A DNA stretch of 64,000 nt from Candidatus Pacearchaeota archaeon (GCA_017609885.1 JAFCDB010000001.1:6732-70731); one strand, 5' to 3'; numbered from the stretch's first letter, positions 8,816 through 19,069 are shown. Numbers and translations: made by a program. The notes: generated from the sequence alone by a model not told the origin.

Positions 8816-9256
8816 ATGCAAGAAAAATACCGCAAAGCAGTTTTTTTAATTGTTTATCACATTGAAAACAACAAACCAAAATACCTCCTCTTAAAAAGAA
8901 ACCTGCACTGGAAAGGCTGGGAATTTCCAAAAGGCGGAATTGAAAAATCCGAAGATAAAAAACAGGCAATTGTCCGAGAGCTAAAAGAAGAAACTGGTTT
9001 AGTGCCAGTTAGAATTGAAAAACACAAAAAATCAGGAAAATACAAATATGATTTTAAAACAATGCAGGACAGAGATGGACTTGCAGGACAAACCTTCGAC
9101 CTTTATTCTGTTGAAGTAAAAAAAGGAAAAGTTCATATTAATTTAAAGGAGCATAGTGGTTTTCGGTGGGTTAATTTTAGCAAGGCAGTAAAAATGCTGA
9201 CATGGAAAAATCAAGAAAATTGTTTGAAGTTAGTTGATAGTAAATTAAGAAAATAA
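8816..9256 (+). CDS. NUDIX hydrolase
   Basis: Nudix box WEFPKGGIEKSEDKKQAIVRELKEETGL. Confidence 0.92.
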   Translation: MQEKYRKAVFLIVYHIENNKPKYLLLKRNLHWKGWEFPKGGIEKSEDKKQAIVRELKEETGLVPVRIEKHKKSGKYKYDFKTMQDRDGLAGQTFDLYSVEVKKGKVHINLKEHSGFRWVNFSKAVKMLTWKNQENCLKLVDSKLRK

Positions 9257-9850
9257 TCACTTCCCAACAACCACAATAATATTTGCTCTTGTTTCAATTC
9301 TCTTTAAAATTTTAAAACCTGTTTTTTCTAAAATATTTTTAAATTCTTCATAATCATATAAATAATAATCTCGATAAATTTTTTCATTGTTAATTGTCCA
9401 AGGAACCTTGATATTTTTTGATTTGTTTCTGAATCGTCTTGCTTCTTTGTCCCAAACAGAAATTAATGCCTGGGATTTTGGTTTCAAAACTCTGTATAAT
9501 TCTCTAATTGCTTTTTCTCTTTTTGATTTTTCTTTTATACAGTGGAATGTTGCTATTGAAATTGCAGCGTCGAAAAAATTGTCTTTAAAAGGTAGTTTTA
9601 TTGCATTTGCTTTTATTAGTTTAATATTTAATTTTTCTGCTTTTTCTTTTGCTTGGTCAAGCATTTTTTGTGAAAAATCAACTGCTATAATTTGTCCGTT
9701 TGTTTTTGTGAAATTTCTTCCTGAGCCACAGCCGTGGTCGAGGATTTTTCCAATTTTGTTTTTTAGAAATTTTTTTATGAATTCTGGAGATTGTGTTTTA
9801 TATTTCTGCCATTGTGGTGAAATTTCATCCCAAATTTTTTCTTGGTTCAT
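9257..9850 (-). CDS. Class I SAM-dependent methyltransferase (Trm9/ALKBH8-like possible)
   Basis: ILDHGCGSGRN, FDAAISIATFHCI, RDYYLY. Confidence 0.85.
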   Translation of the reverse strand: MNQEKIWDEISPQWQKYKTQSPEFIKKFLKNKIGKILDHGCGSGRNFTKTNGQIIAVDFSQKMLDQAKEKAEKLNIKLIKANAIKLPFKDNFFDAAISIATFHCIKEKSKREKAIRELYRVLKPKSQALISVWDKEARRFRNKSKNIKVPWTINNEKIYRDYYLYDYEEFKNILEKTGFKILKRIETRANIIVVVGK

Positions 9851-9942
9851 TTTTTTAAAAGAAATGGGAGATTAATAAATTGTTCTGTTTATACAATTAG
9901 TATATAGTCACTAAAAAAACTCGTTCATATTTTAGAATGGAT

Positions 9943-10446
9943 TTAATGTATCTCATCCCGAATTGGTCTTGCAACAAAATTTCTCCCATCCAATTCAATA
10001 TACGCTCTTTCTTTTACTTCCTCAGGTTCCAATTTCCATTCAATCAAATTCGCTCGATATAAAACATTTCCCCCTCCATTATTGTTATTTGTAATTGGAT
10101 AATTTTCTATTAATTGAGCTGAACATTCTTCTAAAGTTGTCGGGTAATGCAAGTATGCCTTTTGTGTAAACAAAAAACCATGTTTTTGCCATAATTCCTG
10201 GTAGAATCCTTGAAACCAAAATCTTTTATCAATATTAAACAACTTATTATTTTCTGTAAACATCCACTTTTTAGGAAAACTATTAATATGATTTATACAA
10301 TCAATTAGCTGAAATCTTTTCCCCAAAGGAATTAAGGAATTTTTAGGATGCAAACAAAGATTTCCTAAATCAGAAGTCTTGATTTCTAGTCTAAATTTTG
10401 GAACTCCATATTTTCCTACAAATTTCTTTAAATTAGTTCTTATCAT
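9943..10446 (-). CDS. Hypothetical protein
   Basis: 167-aa ORF, no recognised motif. Confidence 0.5.
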   Translation of the reverse strand: MIRTNLKKFVGKYGVPKFRLEIKTSDLGNLCLHPKNSLIPLGKRFQLIDCINHINSFPKKWMFTENNKLFNIDKRFWFQGFYQELWQKHGFLFTQKAYLHYPTTLEECSAQLIENYPITNNNNGGGNVLYRANLIEWKLEPEEVKERAYIELDGRNFVARPIRDEIH

Positions 10447-10506
10447 TTATTTTTTAGATTACATTAGTTTAAAAGAATTTTTATACTCTTATTTTCCTGT
10501 TTATTT

Positions 10507-11907
10507 ATGCTATTGCCAAAAAAACACGAAGTTCGGAAGCCGACAAAAACACTGTCAGGTGTGACTCCCATAGCTGTAATGGTTTATCCTCGGAAATGTC
10601 CTCATGGCGCCTGCACATACTGTCCAAGTTTAAATGTCCCACAATCCTACACTCCAAAGTCGCCTCCTGTTATCAGAGCAGAAATCTTAAAATACAATCC
10701 AGAAAAACAAGTTAAATCAAGATTAAAAGCTTTCAAATTAATGAATCACCCTACAGACAAAATTGAATTAATTATAATGGGAGGAACATTTCTTTCATAT
10801 CCATTAAAATATCAAAAGAATTTTGTGAAGAAATGTTATGATGCTTTAAATGGACAAGATTCTAGAAATTTAGAACAGGCGAAAAGATTAAATGAAAAAG
10901 CAAAGCATCGATGTGTTGCTCTCTGCATTGAAACCCGCCCGGATTTTGCAAGTGAAAAACATATTAAGAATTGTTTGGAATTTGGAGCAACCCGTGTAGA
11001 ATTAGGAGTGCAGGCAATTGATGATGAAATTTATAAGAAAGTAAATCGAGGGCATACTGTAAAAGATGTCATTGAAGCAACAAAGCGGCTGAAAAATGCA
11101 GGATTTAAAGTCGGCTACCATATGATGCCAGGACTTCCTGGAAGTAGCATGAAAAAAGATTTGGCAATGTTTAAAGAAATATTTTCAAATCTTGATTTTA
11201 AGCCAGACCAATTAAAAATTTATCCTTGCCAAGTTATTAAGGGTTCAAAATTAGAAAAAGATTTTAAGAAAAATAAATTCCATCCCTACACTCAGGAAAA
11301 AATCCTAAAACTACTCATTGAAATTTTTAAAATTATTCCAGAATATTGCAGGGTGATGAGAATTATGAGAGAGCTGCCTCCGGAATTTATAATTGCAGGA
11401 ACAACAAGAATAAGTTTAAGAAAAGATTTAGATGAATTTCTAAGAAAAAACAAATCCTCAATAAAAGAAATAAGATTCAGGGAAATTGGATTTGCATTGC
11501 AAAGAAGAAAAAAAATAAATCCAAAATATAAAATAAAAATTTTAAGATACAATGCATTAGGAGGAAAAGAATTTTTCATTCAGGCAGTTAACAAAGAAAA
11601 TATTTTATTTGGACTTTTGCGATTGAGAATTCCTGAAAAAACTTTTATTCCTGAGCTGAAAAACTGCGCTTTAATCAGAGAATTGCATGTTTATGGACAG
11701 GCTCTTGCGTTGGGTAAAAGAGGAAAAGGAATTGGACAGCATCGAGGAATTGGGAAGGAGTTAATGGAGGTTGCTGAGGAAATTATTGAAAAGGAAGACA
11801 GAGAAAAAATTGCTGTTATTTCTGGAGTAGGTGCAAGAAATTATTATAGAAAGTTGGGATATAAATTAAGTGGAAACTATATGATAAAAAAATTAAAGAA
11901 AAAGTAA
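10507..11907 (+). CDS. elp3: Elp3 tRNA uridine(34) carboxymethyl radical SAM/GNAT enzyme
   Basis: CPHGACTYCP, ETRPD, RVELGVQ, RELHVYG, QHRGIG, ISGVGARNYY. Confidence 0.95.
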   Translation: MLLPKKHEVRKPTKTLSGVTPIAVMVYPRKCPHGACTYCPSLNVPQSYTPKSPPVIRAEILKYNPEKQVKSRLKAFKLMNHPTDKIELIIMGGTFLSYPLKYQKNFVKKCYDALNGQDSRNLEQAKRLNEKAKHRCVALCIETRPDFASEKHIKNCLEFGATRVELGVQAIDDEIYKKVNRGHTVKDVIEATKRLKNAGFKVGYHMMPGLPGSSMKKDLAMFKEIFSNLDFKPDQLKIYPCQVIKGSKLEKDFKKNKFHPYTQEKILKLLIEIFKIIPEYCRVMRIMRELPPEFIIAGTTRISLRKDLDEFLRKNKSSIKEIRFREIGFALQRRKKINPKYKIKILRYNALGGKEFFIQAVNKENILFGLLRLRIPEKTFIPELKNCALIRELHVYGQALALGKRGKGIGQHRGIGKELMEVAEEIIEKEDREKIAVISGVGARNYYRKLGYKLSGNYMIKKLKKK

Positions 11908-11916
11908 GGTAAAAAA

Positions 11917-12435
11917 TTAAGGTGTTATTTCTTCAATCATTGAGTCAGCTATTGGGCATTCGTTTCCATCAATTATAGGGTATATCTCTATTAAATATTG
12001 TCCTGTTTGGAAATTGATACAATTTCCAGTAGTGCAATCAGGGTCCTGAGTGTTGTCAGCATTTAAGTCTGTATTAAATCGGATTTTCTCCATTTTCTTT
12101 GTCTCTCCAACATTTGGGATATTTGAACTTTCTAATCTTGTTCCTATAATTGTTCCATCTGTATCTTTTGCTCTAAATAATATTGAATTTACTGTGGAAT
12201 CTCCTGATGTTTTCTTTAGACTAAATTCTAATCTATATGGGCCATTACTTTCAATTCCTTCAATAGTAAATCGATTATTAATACAAGCTAATGGATCTTC
12301 ATCTTCTGGAACACTGTTCTTGATATAATTAAGAACTATTCCTCCCAAGATTATAATTGCTGCAATGACTATAACAATCATAAGAACTGTAGCAATTATA
12401 CTTGACACTCCTCTTTTATCTTTTTTCATTTTCAC
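11917..12435 (-). CDS. Archaeal type IV pilin-like protein
   Basis: Class III signal peptide KRG/VSSIIATVLMIVIVIAA. Confidence 0.85.
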   Translation of the reverse strand: MKMKKDKRGVSSIIATVLMIVIVIAAIIILGGIVLNYIKNSVPEDEDPLACINNRFTIEGIESNGPYRLEFSLKKTSGDSTVNSILFRAKDTDGTIIGTRLESSNIPNVGETKKMEKIRFNTDLNADNTQDPDCTTGNCINFQTGQYLIEIYPIIDGNECPIADSMIEEITP

Positions 12436-12505
12436 CCCCTTTCATTTGTATAATAGGAAATTTATTCCTTAACAACTATTAGATTTTTAATTATTTAAAT
12501 GTTTC

Positions 12506-14164
12506 TTACTCATGCGCAAACCAAAAAATATATTGGCCCTTGTTTTTTCCATCGAATTTGCAAAATCCAAATCTTTCAAATTGTATAATTTCTCCTTTCT
12601 TCAATTCTTTAATACTTTCCTCTGCAAATCCCTCGCTCCAGTTCCCATCAGGCATTAAAATTCTCGCATTTACTTTTTTAGATACCCAGTGAATTTTCTG
12701 TATTTTTGAATTAATTTCATGCGAAGTAAAAACTGAATTCTTATCTAATTTCAAATTATACAAATGCATCAATCGAATTTCTTTTCCCTTAAATTTATTG
12801 AAATCTTTCAAAGCAACAAAAATTTCTTTTCTTAATTTCAATTCCTTGAGTTCGTCACTTTCTGGCAAAACTCTGACAAATTTTTCTTTTATTTCTGGCG
12901 CATTTTCAATTTGTATTTCTACAGGATTTTCAACAAAGAAAAATCTTTTCGCAACTTTATCTAATTTTCTCCTGTTAATTGCATACAAATCATCAATTGG
13001 AATAGTTATATCTTTTTGAGTCAATCCAATTTTTTCAACAAATTTTCTAATTGAAGAAGTTAAAATCCCTCTTCTTGCTAAACTCTGCACACTCCAAGTC
13101 CGAGGGTCATCCCACCCCAAATATTTTCCGCTTTTCACTTCTTTCTGTGATTTGCTCTTTGCTAATTTCCCAACTCCTCCAACTTTCATCATTCCATTGT
13201 AAATAAACTGCGGCTTTTTCCATTTGAAAATATCCCAAATATATTCCTGCATTTTTCCTTCAATCATTAAATCCTTTCCCCTAATAATGTGCGTTACACC
13301 AAGTAGGTGATCATCAATTGCCCAGGAAAATTCCAACAACGGCCAAACACGGTATTTCCTTTTTTTTCTTGGGTGTGGACGGTCAGAAATTCTTAGTAAA
13401 ACTCTGTCTCTAAAAGCAGGGTCAGGGTCCTGCATTGAAGTTTTAATTCTTAAAGTGTAATCTCCAGGTTTTGCCTTGAACATCTTCTTCCATTTTTTCA
13501 ATTGCTCTTTAACATTAAACTGCCGGCAAGAACATTCTCGTCTTTTCAATCTGTTTTCTCTTATTTCTTTTTGACTGCAAGAACAAACATACGCTACATC
13601 TTTTTTTATTAGTTGCTTTGCATATTTGTAATAAATTTCTAATCTGTCAGATTTGTAAATGATGGGTTTTTTGTATTTTATGTCGAGATAATTAAATGCT
13701 TCGGGGATTAGTTTGTATGCTTCTTTAACAATTTGTTTTTCTTCACTGCCAATTGTATCATCGATAACAAGTAAAATTTTTCCCTTGTATTTTTCAGCAT
13801 AAAGGACATTTAGCAAAAACGTCCGCGCGTTTCCAATATGAATACTCCCTGAAGGAAAAGGCGACAGGCGAAAAACAGGTTTTCCACTTACTTTTGAGAG
13901 GTCTTTTAGTCCTAATTCTTCTTTTTTGTGCTCTTTTACAAATTTTTTATATTTTTCAAACATTTGCATTTTCTCTTCTTTAGAAAGTGAATTAACTTTT
14001 TCAACTATTTCATTTACCTTCGGCATAATTTCAGGAATACTTTCTTTTTCCAAATCGTGCTGAAAAAGTTTTGGCAAGACAACTGATGGTTTTGCCTCAC
14101 CAAATGTAATTGCATTTTCCAAAGAATATGCATAAATTTCATTTTCAAATAATTTTTTTGACAT
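12506..14164 (-). CDS. gltX: Glutamate--tRNA ligase (archaeal type)
   Basis: PFPSGSIHIGN, DPAFRD, THIIRGKD, GWDDPR, QFERFGF. Confidence 0.95.
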   Translation of the reverse strand: MSKKLFENEIYAYSLENAITFGEAKPSVVLPKLFQHDLEKESIPEIMPKVNEIVEKVNSLSKEEKMQMFEKYKKFVKEHKKEELGLKDLSKVSGKPVFRLSPFPSGSIHIGNARTFLLNVLYAEKYKGKILLVIDDTIGSEEKQIVKEAYKLIPEAFNYLDIKYKKPIIYKSDRLEIYYKYAKQLIKKDVAYVCSCSQKEIRENRLKRRECSCRQFNVKEQLKKWKKMFKAKPGDYTLRIKTSMQDPDPAFRDRVLLRISDRPHPRKKRKYRVWPLLEFSWAIDDHLLGVTHIIRGKDLMIEGKMQEYIWDIFKWKKPQFIYNGMMKVGGVGKLAKSKSQKEVKSGKYLGWDDPRTWSVQSLARRGILTSSIRKFVEKIGLTQKDITIPIDDLYAINRRKLDKVAKRFFFVENPVEIQIENAPEIKEKFVRVLPESDELKELKLRKEIFVALKDFNKFKGKEIRLMHLYNLKLDKNSVFTSHEINSKIQKIHWVSKKVNARILMPDGNWSEGFAEESIKELKKGEIIQFERFGFCKFDGKNKGQYIFWFAHE

Positions 14165-14319
14165 AATATTTACAAGAGAAGACTATTAATAAATGTTAGG
14201 ATTATTGTTTTCAACAACATCTAAATGCAAAATCATAAATTATCTGTCGCCACAAATCTTTTTTATAAATACTAATTAAAGACTCAAAATGATTTTTAGA
14301 ATATTTTCTTTTAATGTTT

Positions 14320-14514
14320 TTATTTCCCAAGTTTCACGCCAAGTTCTTCAAGTCTTTTTCCATGCGCTTGCATTATCTGTTCAACAAGCTGAATCATTTT
14401 AACTAACTCGTTTCTTTCATTTACCAGTGTATTAATTGCGCCCTTATGAAATCCAATTTCTTCTTCCTTTGGCATTTGAGGTTGTTCTGATTTTTTAGTT
14501 GCCATATTTTTCAT
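14320..14514 (-). CDS. Small coiled-coil hypothetical protein
   Basis: EIGFHKGAINTLVNERNEL; 64 aa. Confidence 0.6.
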   Translation of the reverse strand: MKNMATKKSEQPQMPKEEEIGFHKGAINTLVNERNELVKMIQLVEQIMQAHGKRLEELGVKLGK

Positions 14515-14537
14515 AGAATAAGTAAGTTAATAAACTT

Positions 14538-14933
14538 TTATATCCCACGATTCTCGAATCTATCAATCTTCTTTTCCAAAAGCTCAATCCTTTGTATTAA
14601 TCTATAAATCTCATTTGCATTTTCCTCAATTTTGCCTGTAACTCCGCGCATTTTAGTTTTCAGCTCAGAAATTTCACTTACCTGTGTCACAACATTTGTT
14701 GATGGAGAAGTTGAAGTTGAGGGCTTTGAAAGAAAGTCAAGCATTCCATCTGAACTTGCAGGTTTTACAGATTGAAGATTTGCATTTGACAAATCTACTG
14801 TGTCACTTTGGGGCATTTTTTCACCCCGCAAATCAACAGCATCTCCTATCACTCTAAAATCTCTTTTTGGAATAACTGCATTCGGCATTTTCGTAAAATC
14901 AACTGTTCTCTGCCTCTTTTTGAATAATTTCAT
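14538..14933 (-). CDS. Hypothetical protein with C-terminal coiled coil
   Basis: 131-aa ORF. Confidence 0.6.
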   Translation of the reverse strand: MKLFKKRQRTVDFTKMPNAVIPKRDFRVIGDAVDLRGEKMPQSDTVDLSNANLQSVKPASSDGMLDFLSKPSTSTSPSTNVVTQVSEISELKTKMRGVTGKIEENANEIYRLIQRIELLEKKIDRFENRGI

Positions 14934-15020
14934 GATTTAATCAAGTTAATGGAACTTTTAAGTTTTTTGATGATAAAAAATAGCATAAAAATTTATAACT
15001 ATAAAAATCAATATAAGATT

Positions 15021-15251
15021 ATGAGAAGAGTCAGAGTAGTCACAAGGAAAAACCCAATTAATAACGAAGAAGTTATTGGAACTCTTTATCATGGAAAACT
15101 ATTCCTGAAAGAAGTTGATAGAGGAGATTTAGAAGCAGGCAGAGTTAACAGCAATGTAATAAAATTAAGAGACCAAATCGCAGATTACCACCTCTTTATG
15201 TTTTGCAGAAACATTTCTTTAAGTGAAATCTCTACAACAACCAAATATTAA
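15021..15251 (+). CDS. Hypothetical protein
   Basis: ATG about 25 nt after TTTATAA box. Confidence 0.45.
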   Translation: MRRVRVVTRKNPINNEEVIGTLYHGKLFLKEVDRGDLEAGRVNSNVIKLRDQIADYHLFMFCRNISLSEISTTTKY

Positions 15252-15294
15252 AAGCGAAACTTTAAATAATTCCCCAACCATCTATCTAAGTAAA

Positions 15295-16695
15295 ATGGCA
15301 GAGGAAATTAAAACAATTATAGAAGATGTTCTGAAAAAGACAAATAAAGGGGATTGGCCTGCTCAAAGCCACGAGCTTGTCTACGACTCTTCTTCAGAAA
15401 CTCTTGAACCTGTGTATTTCTGGGTGTTGGATATGGCAAATAGTTTATTTGGTGGCAAGGTTGAAAAACTTGTTGATAATTTTACTTCAAGTCCTGGAAG
15501 CGGACATTTTGCAGAATTTGGGCAGAGAAAATCAATCATGCAAAAAAATGTCACAGAATCAATGGGGACGATAAACACTGTTTTGAAAAGTATTATCAAC
15601 TTAATTTATGACTTGAAAGATTTTGAAATTCGATTAGGACATTATGATGCTGTAAAATCTGAAAATAAGGAAGAAAAAGAAGCTGGGTTGTTGGCATTGA
15701 AACAAATTTGGATGGATAATGTTGATATTAAGCGAGGAAGAGGTTCTATAAACATGATGGCTCAGGATTTGAATTTTGTTACTCTCAGAGATGGATTTAT
15801 GTATGCTAATTCGATAAAAGATATTGATGAGATGGATTTGAATGACAGGGTGAAACGGGTTTTGAAGCCGCGGCTTGATGAATTTTTGTATTGGAAAGAT
15901 TCAAGTGAGGCAGAGTTGAGAAAAAGATTTGCAATTGAGAAAAATTATCTTCGTTCTCAGGTAAATTCTTTGCAATTATATTCACGGTGGGTAAAACCTT
16001 ACTTAAAATCAGCATCTGAACTTGAAATGGAAGAGCAGGGAAGAAATCCAGAACTTGTAAAAACATTTAATACGATTCTTTTGCAATTAACCTTAATTGG
16101 AAAAGATGAATTTGATGTTAAGGAAGCAACAAGAACAGCTGAACTTCCAACAGAGCTGAAAATTCCAAAAAGAAAATACTACTCAGTTGTTTTAATTGAT
16201 TTTAGATTTCGGGGAATTCCAATAAAACAAGGGCAGCACTTTCTTTTAGGAGGAAAAGCAACTGTTAATTTTAATGCTTATGCTTTAAATGAAGAAGAAC
16301 TAAAAATTCTTGAGCAGAATTTGAAAAAATCAGATGTCGAAGATGCGTTGAAATTAATTGAAGGTGCAACAACAGAAAGCTTGGATGAATTGAAAAAGGA
16401 TTTGGACCATTACTTAGAAGATGATAAGGAAGCAAATGAAGAGGAGAAAAAGAAAAAAAAGTCTGAGGACACAAATCCATTCAGCGCTTTGTTTGGTTCT
16501 TTATTTAAGAAAAAAGAAGAGAAAGATAAAAAAGAAGAGAAAGAAATTGAGCTGAAGAAAATTAAAAAAGATAATTATGCTGAGAGGCTTGTCAGGGCGC
16601 TTGCAGCTGCAGATGCTGCTAATAAATGCTTCACAATTTATGATGTTTACAAAAAAGCGCATGGCATGGCATCGCATGACAATCCTTTTGAATAA
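15295..16695 (+). CDS. Large helical hypothetical protein
   Basis: 466-aa ORF, no recognised catalytic motif. Confidence 0.7.
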   Translation: MAEEIKTIIEDVLKKTNKGDWPAQSHELVYDSSSETLEPVYFWVLDMANSLFGGKVEKLVDNFTSSPGSGHFAEFGQRKSIMQKNVTESMGTINTVLKSIINLIYDLKDFEIRLGHYDAVKSENKEEKEAGLLALKQIWMDNVDIKRGRGSINMMAQDLNFVTLRDGFMYANSIKDIDEMDLNDRVKRVLKPRLDEFLYWKDSSEAELRKRFAIEKNYLRSQVNSLQLYSRWVKPYLKSASELEMEEQGRNPELVKTFNTILLQLTLIGKDEFDVKEATRTAELPTELKIPKRKYYSVVLIDFRFRGIPIKQGQHFLLGGKATVNFNAYALNEEELKILEQNLKKSDVEDALKLIEGATTESLDELKKDLDHYLEDDKEANEEEKKKKKSEDTNPFSALFGSLFKKKEEKDKKEEKEIELKKIKKDNYAERLVRALAAADAANKCFTIYDVYKKAHGMASHDNPFE

Positions 16696-16734
16696 TACAA
16701 AAACATTTTTATAACTAATTATCTTAAATGATTC

Positions 16735-17130
16735 ATGGAAGAGGCAATAGAACAATACCTTGGTTCTTTGAAGTGGACATTTTTCCTTATTGGAATTTTC
16801 GCAACAATAGCTTACAGAATAATCATCGTCCTTAACTTCTATAGTCCTCTCTGGGTGAAAATTGCTTGGTACACAGGAACAATCGGCTTTGTCCTTTACT
16901 TCGGCTACCTTTACACACTCCAATCTCGCAGATCAACTTTAGCAATAGAAAACAATCTTCTCGAAGCTGTCAAAAAAACAAAAGATATAAAAGGAAAACA
17001 AAAACATGCCCTTGAGTACATTATAAAATCAAACGCAACATCAAAAGCAAAATACAATTCTGCAGTAATCTTTGTCTTATCAGTACTTGCCTTATTAGTA
17101 GGGATTGTTTTAGATTTATTAGGAATTTAA
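16735..17130 (+). CDS. Membrane protein
   Basis: Three hydrophobic segments. Confidence 0.6.
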   Translation: MEEAIEQYLGSLKWTFFLIGIFATIAYRIIIVLNFYSPLWVKIAWYTGTIGFVLYFGYLYTLQSRRSTLAIENNLLEAVKKTKDIKGKQKHALEYIIKSNATSKAKYNSAVIFVLSVLALLVGIVLDLLGI

Positions 17131-17672
17131 TTGCAACACTCGCAGTTTTCATCAAAACACATGCACTCAGGTTCGTAATATTCCCTTGCATGTTTGCAAC
17201 TTGGACAAACTGCCGGAGGTTCAGTTCCCTCGTGAATATAACCGCACTTTGAACATTTCCATTTTATGGGCTTATCTCTTTTCCATACAGTTCTTTTTTC
17301 AACCATTTCCAAAAGTTTCTTATATCTTTCTTCATGGTTTTTTTCAACTTCTGCAATTTCTTTAAACAATTTCACAGCCTCATGATTTCCTTCTTCTTCT
17401 GCATCTTTTTGCATCTGTGGATACATTTCTGTGTTTTCATAATGCTCGCCTTCAATCGCCGCCTTTAAATTTTCTTTTGTGCCACCAATTCCTTTCAAAA
17501 ACTTGAACTCATCTTTTGCATGCTGCTTTTCATTTTCTGCTGTTTCTTCAAAAATTTTCGCAATGTAATGAAACCCCTGCTTTCGCGCAACTTTTGCAAA
17601 ATAATCATACTTATTCCTTGCCTGCGACTCTCCTGAAAACGCAGTTTTTAAATTTTCCTCTGTTTTTGTCAT
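17127..17672 (-). CDS. rbr: Rubrerythrin
   Basis: AFSGESQARNKY, EKQHA, CSKCGYIH...CPSC. Confidence 0.95.
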   Translation of the reverse strand: MTKTEENLKTAFSGESQARNKYDYFAKVARKQGFHYIAKIFEETAENEKQHAKDEFKFLKGIGGTKENLKAAIEGEHYENTEMYPQMQKDAEEEGNHEAVKLFKEIAEVEKNHEERYKKLLEMVEKRTVWKRDKPIKWKCSKCGYIHEGTEPPAVCPSCKHAREYYEPECMCFDENCECCN

Positions 17673-17698
17673 TTTATTTTTTTATTTAAAATTTCAGA

Positions 17699-17914
17699 TT
17701 ATTTTTCTTTTCCTTTAAATTCTGTATATCTACAGTTTCCGCAATATAATCTGTCCTTGATGTCCATTAAGAAAATTCCTGGGCCGCATCTTGGACAGGT
17801 TTTCCCTCGGATAATTTTATCTCCTTCAATTTGATATTTTGTATATTTCCTGCTGGTTGGTTTATTTTTGTGAGGTTTTTTTCCTTTTTTCTCAGTTTTC
17901 TTTTTCTTTACCAT
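17699..17914 (-). CDS. rps27ae: Ribosomal protein eS31 (S27ae)
   Basis: CPRCGPGIFLM...YCGNC, downstream of eS24. Confidence 0.92.
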   Translation of the reverse strand: MVKKKKTEKKGKKPHKNKPTSRKYTKYQIEGDKIIRGKTCPRCGPGIFLMDIKDRLYCGNCRYTEFKGKEK

Positions 17915-17915
17915 T

Positions 17916-18143
17916 TTATCTTTGTCCTAAGTAAATCGCAGCTTCTCGCAATGCATTAACCCTTTCATCACCTTGATAATATATTTCTTCAAATCTTGCT
18001 CTTTGTTCTTGCTGAACTTCTGCAGACGGGGCATCTCTATTTTCAAAAGCATTCCAACAATAGCAGCTTGAAATTCCGACTGCTAAAAATATTGTGATAA
18101 GTCCGGCAATTGACAAATAATCTTTAGAAATTCTTTCATTCAT
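17916..18143 (-). CDS. Small membrane/secreted hypothetical protein between eS24 and eS31
   Basis: N-terminal hydrophobic helix; overlaps eS24 stop. Confidence 0.45.
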   Translation of the reverse strand: MNERISKDYLSIAGLITIFLAVGISSCYCWNAFENRDAPSAEVQQEQRARFEEIYYQGDERVNALREAAIYLGQR

Positions 18144-18579
18144 TTTTACTAACCTCCTCTGTTTTAGGTTCTTTATCAGGATTTGCTTTTTCTTCAATTT
18201 CTTTTTCAGGTTCTTTTGGTTCTTGGATATTTTCATCAGCAGTTTTTTTAGTTTCTTCAGCTTCTGATTTTTTTGCTTCAGATTTTGTTTTTGCTTTTTC
18301 TTCTGCTTCTTTCAAACGTTTCTTCCGTTCTTTTTTCGAAACAGTTTCATATTTTCTCAAACTCTCTGCATCATCATAAATTTTAGCTGAAATTTCAAAG
18401 ATTCTTGAGCCAAATTTTCCTTTAATTGTTTCTACAACAATTTGCTCCTCTGGTTTTTTAAATTTTTCTGTCAGCATTTCTCTAACTTTTTGTTCTGAAG
18501 GAGTTGATTCAGCTTCGAGAGTCGCGACTATTTCTTTTCTGTGCAAAAGTTTGTTGTCAAATTCTTTTGTGATGTTCAT
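18136..18579 (-). CDS. rps24e: Ribosomal protein eS24 with charged C-terminal tail
   Basis: NKLLHRKEI, TPS, KGKFG, AKIYD. Confidence 0.88.
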   Translation of the reverse strand: MNITKEFDNKLLHRKEIVATLEAESTPSEQKVREMLTEKFKKPEEQIVVETIKGKFGSRIFEISAKIYDDAESLRKYETVSKKERKKRLKEAEEKAKTKSEAKKSEAEETKKTADENIQEPKEPEKEIEEKANPDKEPKTEEVSKNE

Positions 18580-18815
18580 GTTTTCTCCTCAATAGGAATT
18601 TTTACAATTAGTGAATGATATTGATTATCAAAATTTAGAGTATTTGACCTTAAATCAAATTCAATTTTCTTTGCTTCCTGTTTTGTAAAAGTTCCTGCAT
18701 TTTCTAAATCTCCAAACCAAGGGACAATTGTATTATTACTTCCTTCTTCTGCAAAATCCTTGTAAAGGGGTTTAGATTGAGTAATTCTAATAACTTTATG
18801 AATTTTTCTTGCCAT
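18576..18815 (-). CDS. Hypothetical protein
   Basis: ATGA overlap with eS24. Confidence 0.45.
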   Translation of the reverse strand: MARKIHKVIRITQSKPLYKDFAEEGSNNTIVPWFGDLENAGTFTKQEAKKIEFDLRSNTLNFDNQYHSLIVKIPIEEKT

Positions 18816-18816
18816 T

Positions 18817-19068
18817 TTATTTTTTCTTAACATAATTTGCTTTTTTATTTAGATTTAAATTTTTTGCAAATTCTGATTGTTCTGGATTTAATATAACCAC
18901 TCTACCTCTTAACTTCGCCATTTGAATTTTTTCAAGTTCTTCTAATTTTTTCTTTGGTTTTTTTTCAGGTTTTTCATCAACTTTTTCTTTAACATCTTTT
19001 TCCTTTAATTCTTGCTCTATTTTACTTTCTTCTTCCTGTTTTCCAGTTTCTTTTTCTTCTTTGTTCAT
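18817..19068 (-). CDS. spt4: Divergent Spt4 (RpoE'') lacking the Zn ribbon
   Basis: RGRVVILNPEQSEFAKNLNLNKKANY matches the Spt4 C-terminus; directly downstream of rpo7. Confidence 0.65.
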   Translation of the reverse strand: MNKEEKETGKQEEESKIEQELKEKDVKEKVDEKPEKKPKKKLEELEKIQMAKLRGRVVILNPEQSEFAKNLNLNKKANYVKKK

Positions 19069-19069
19069 T

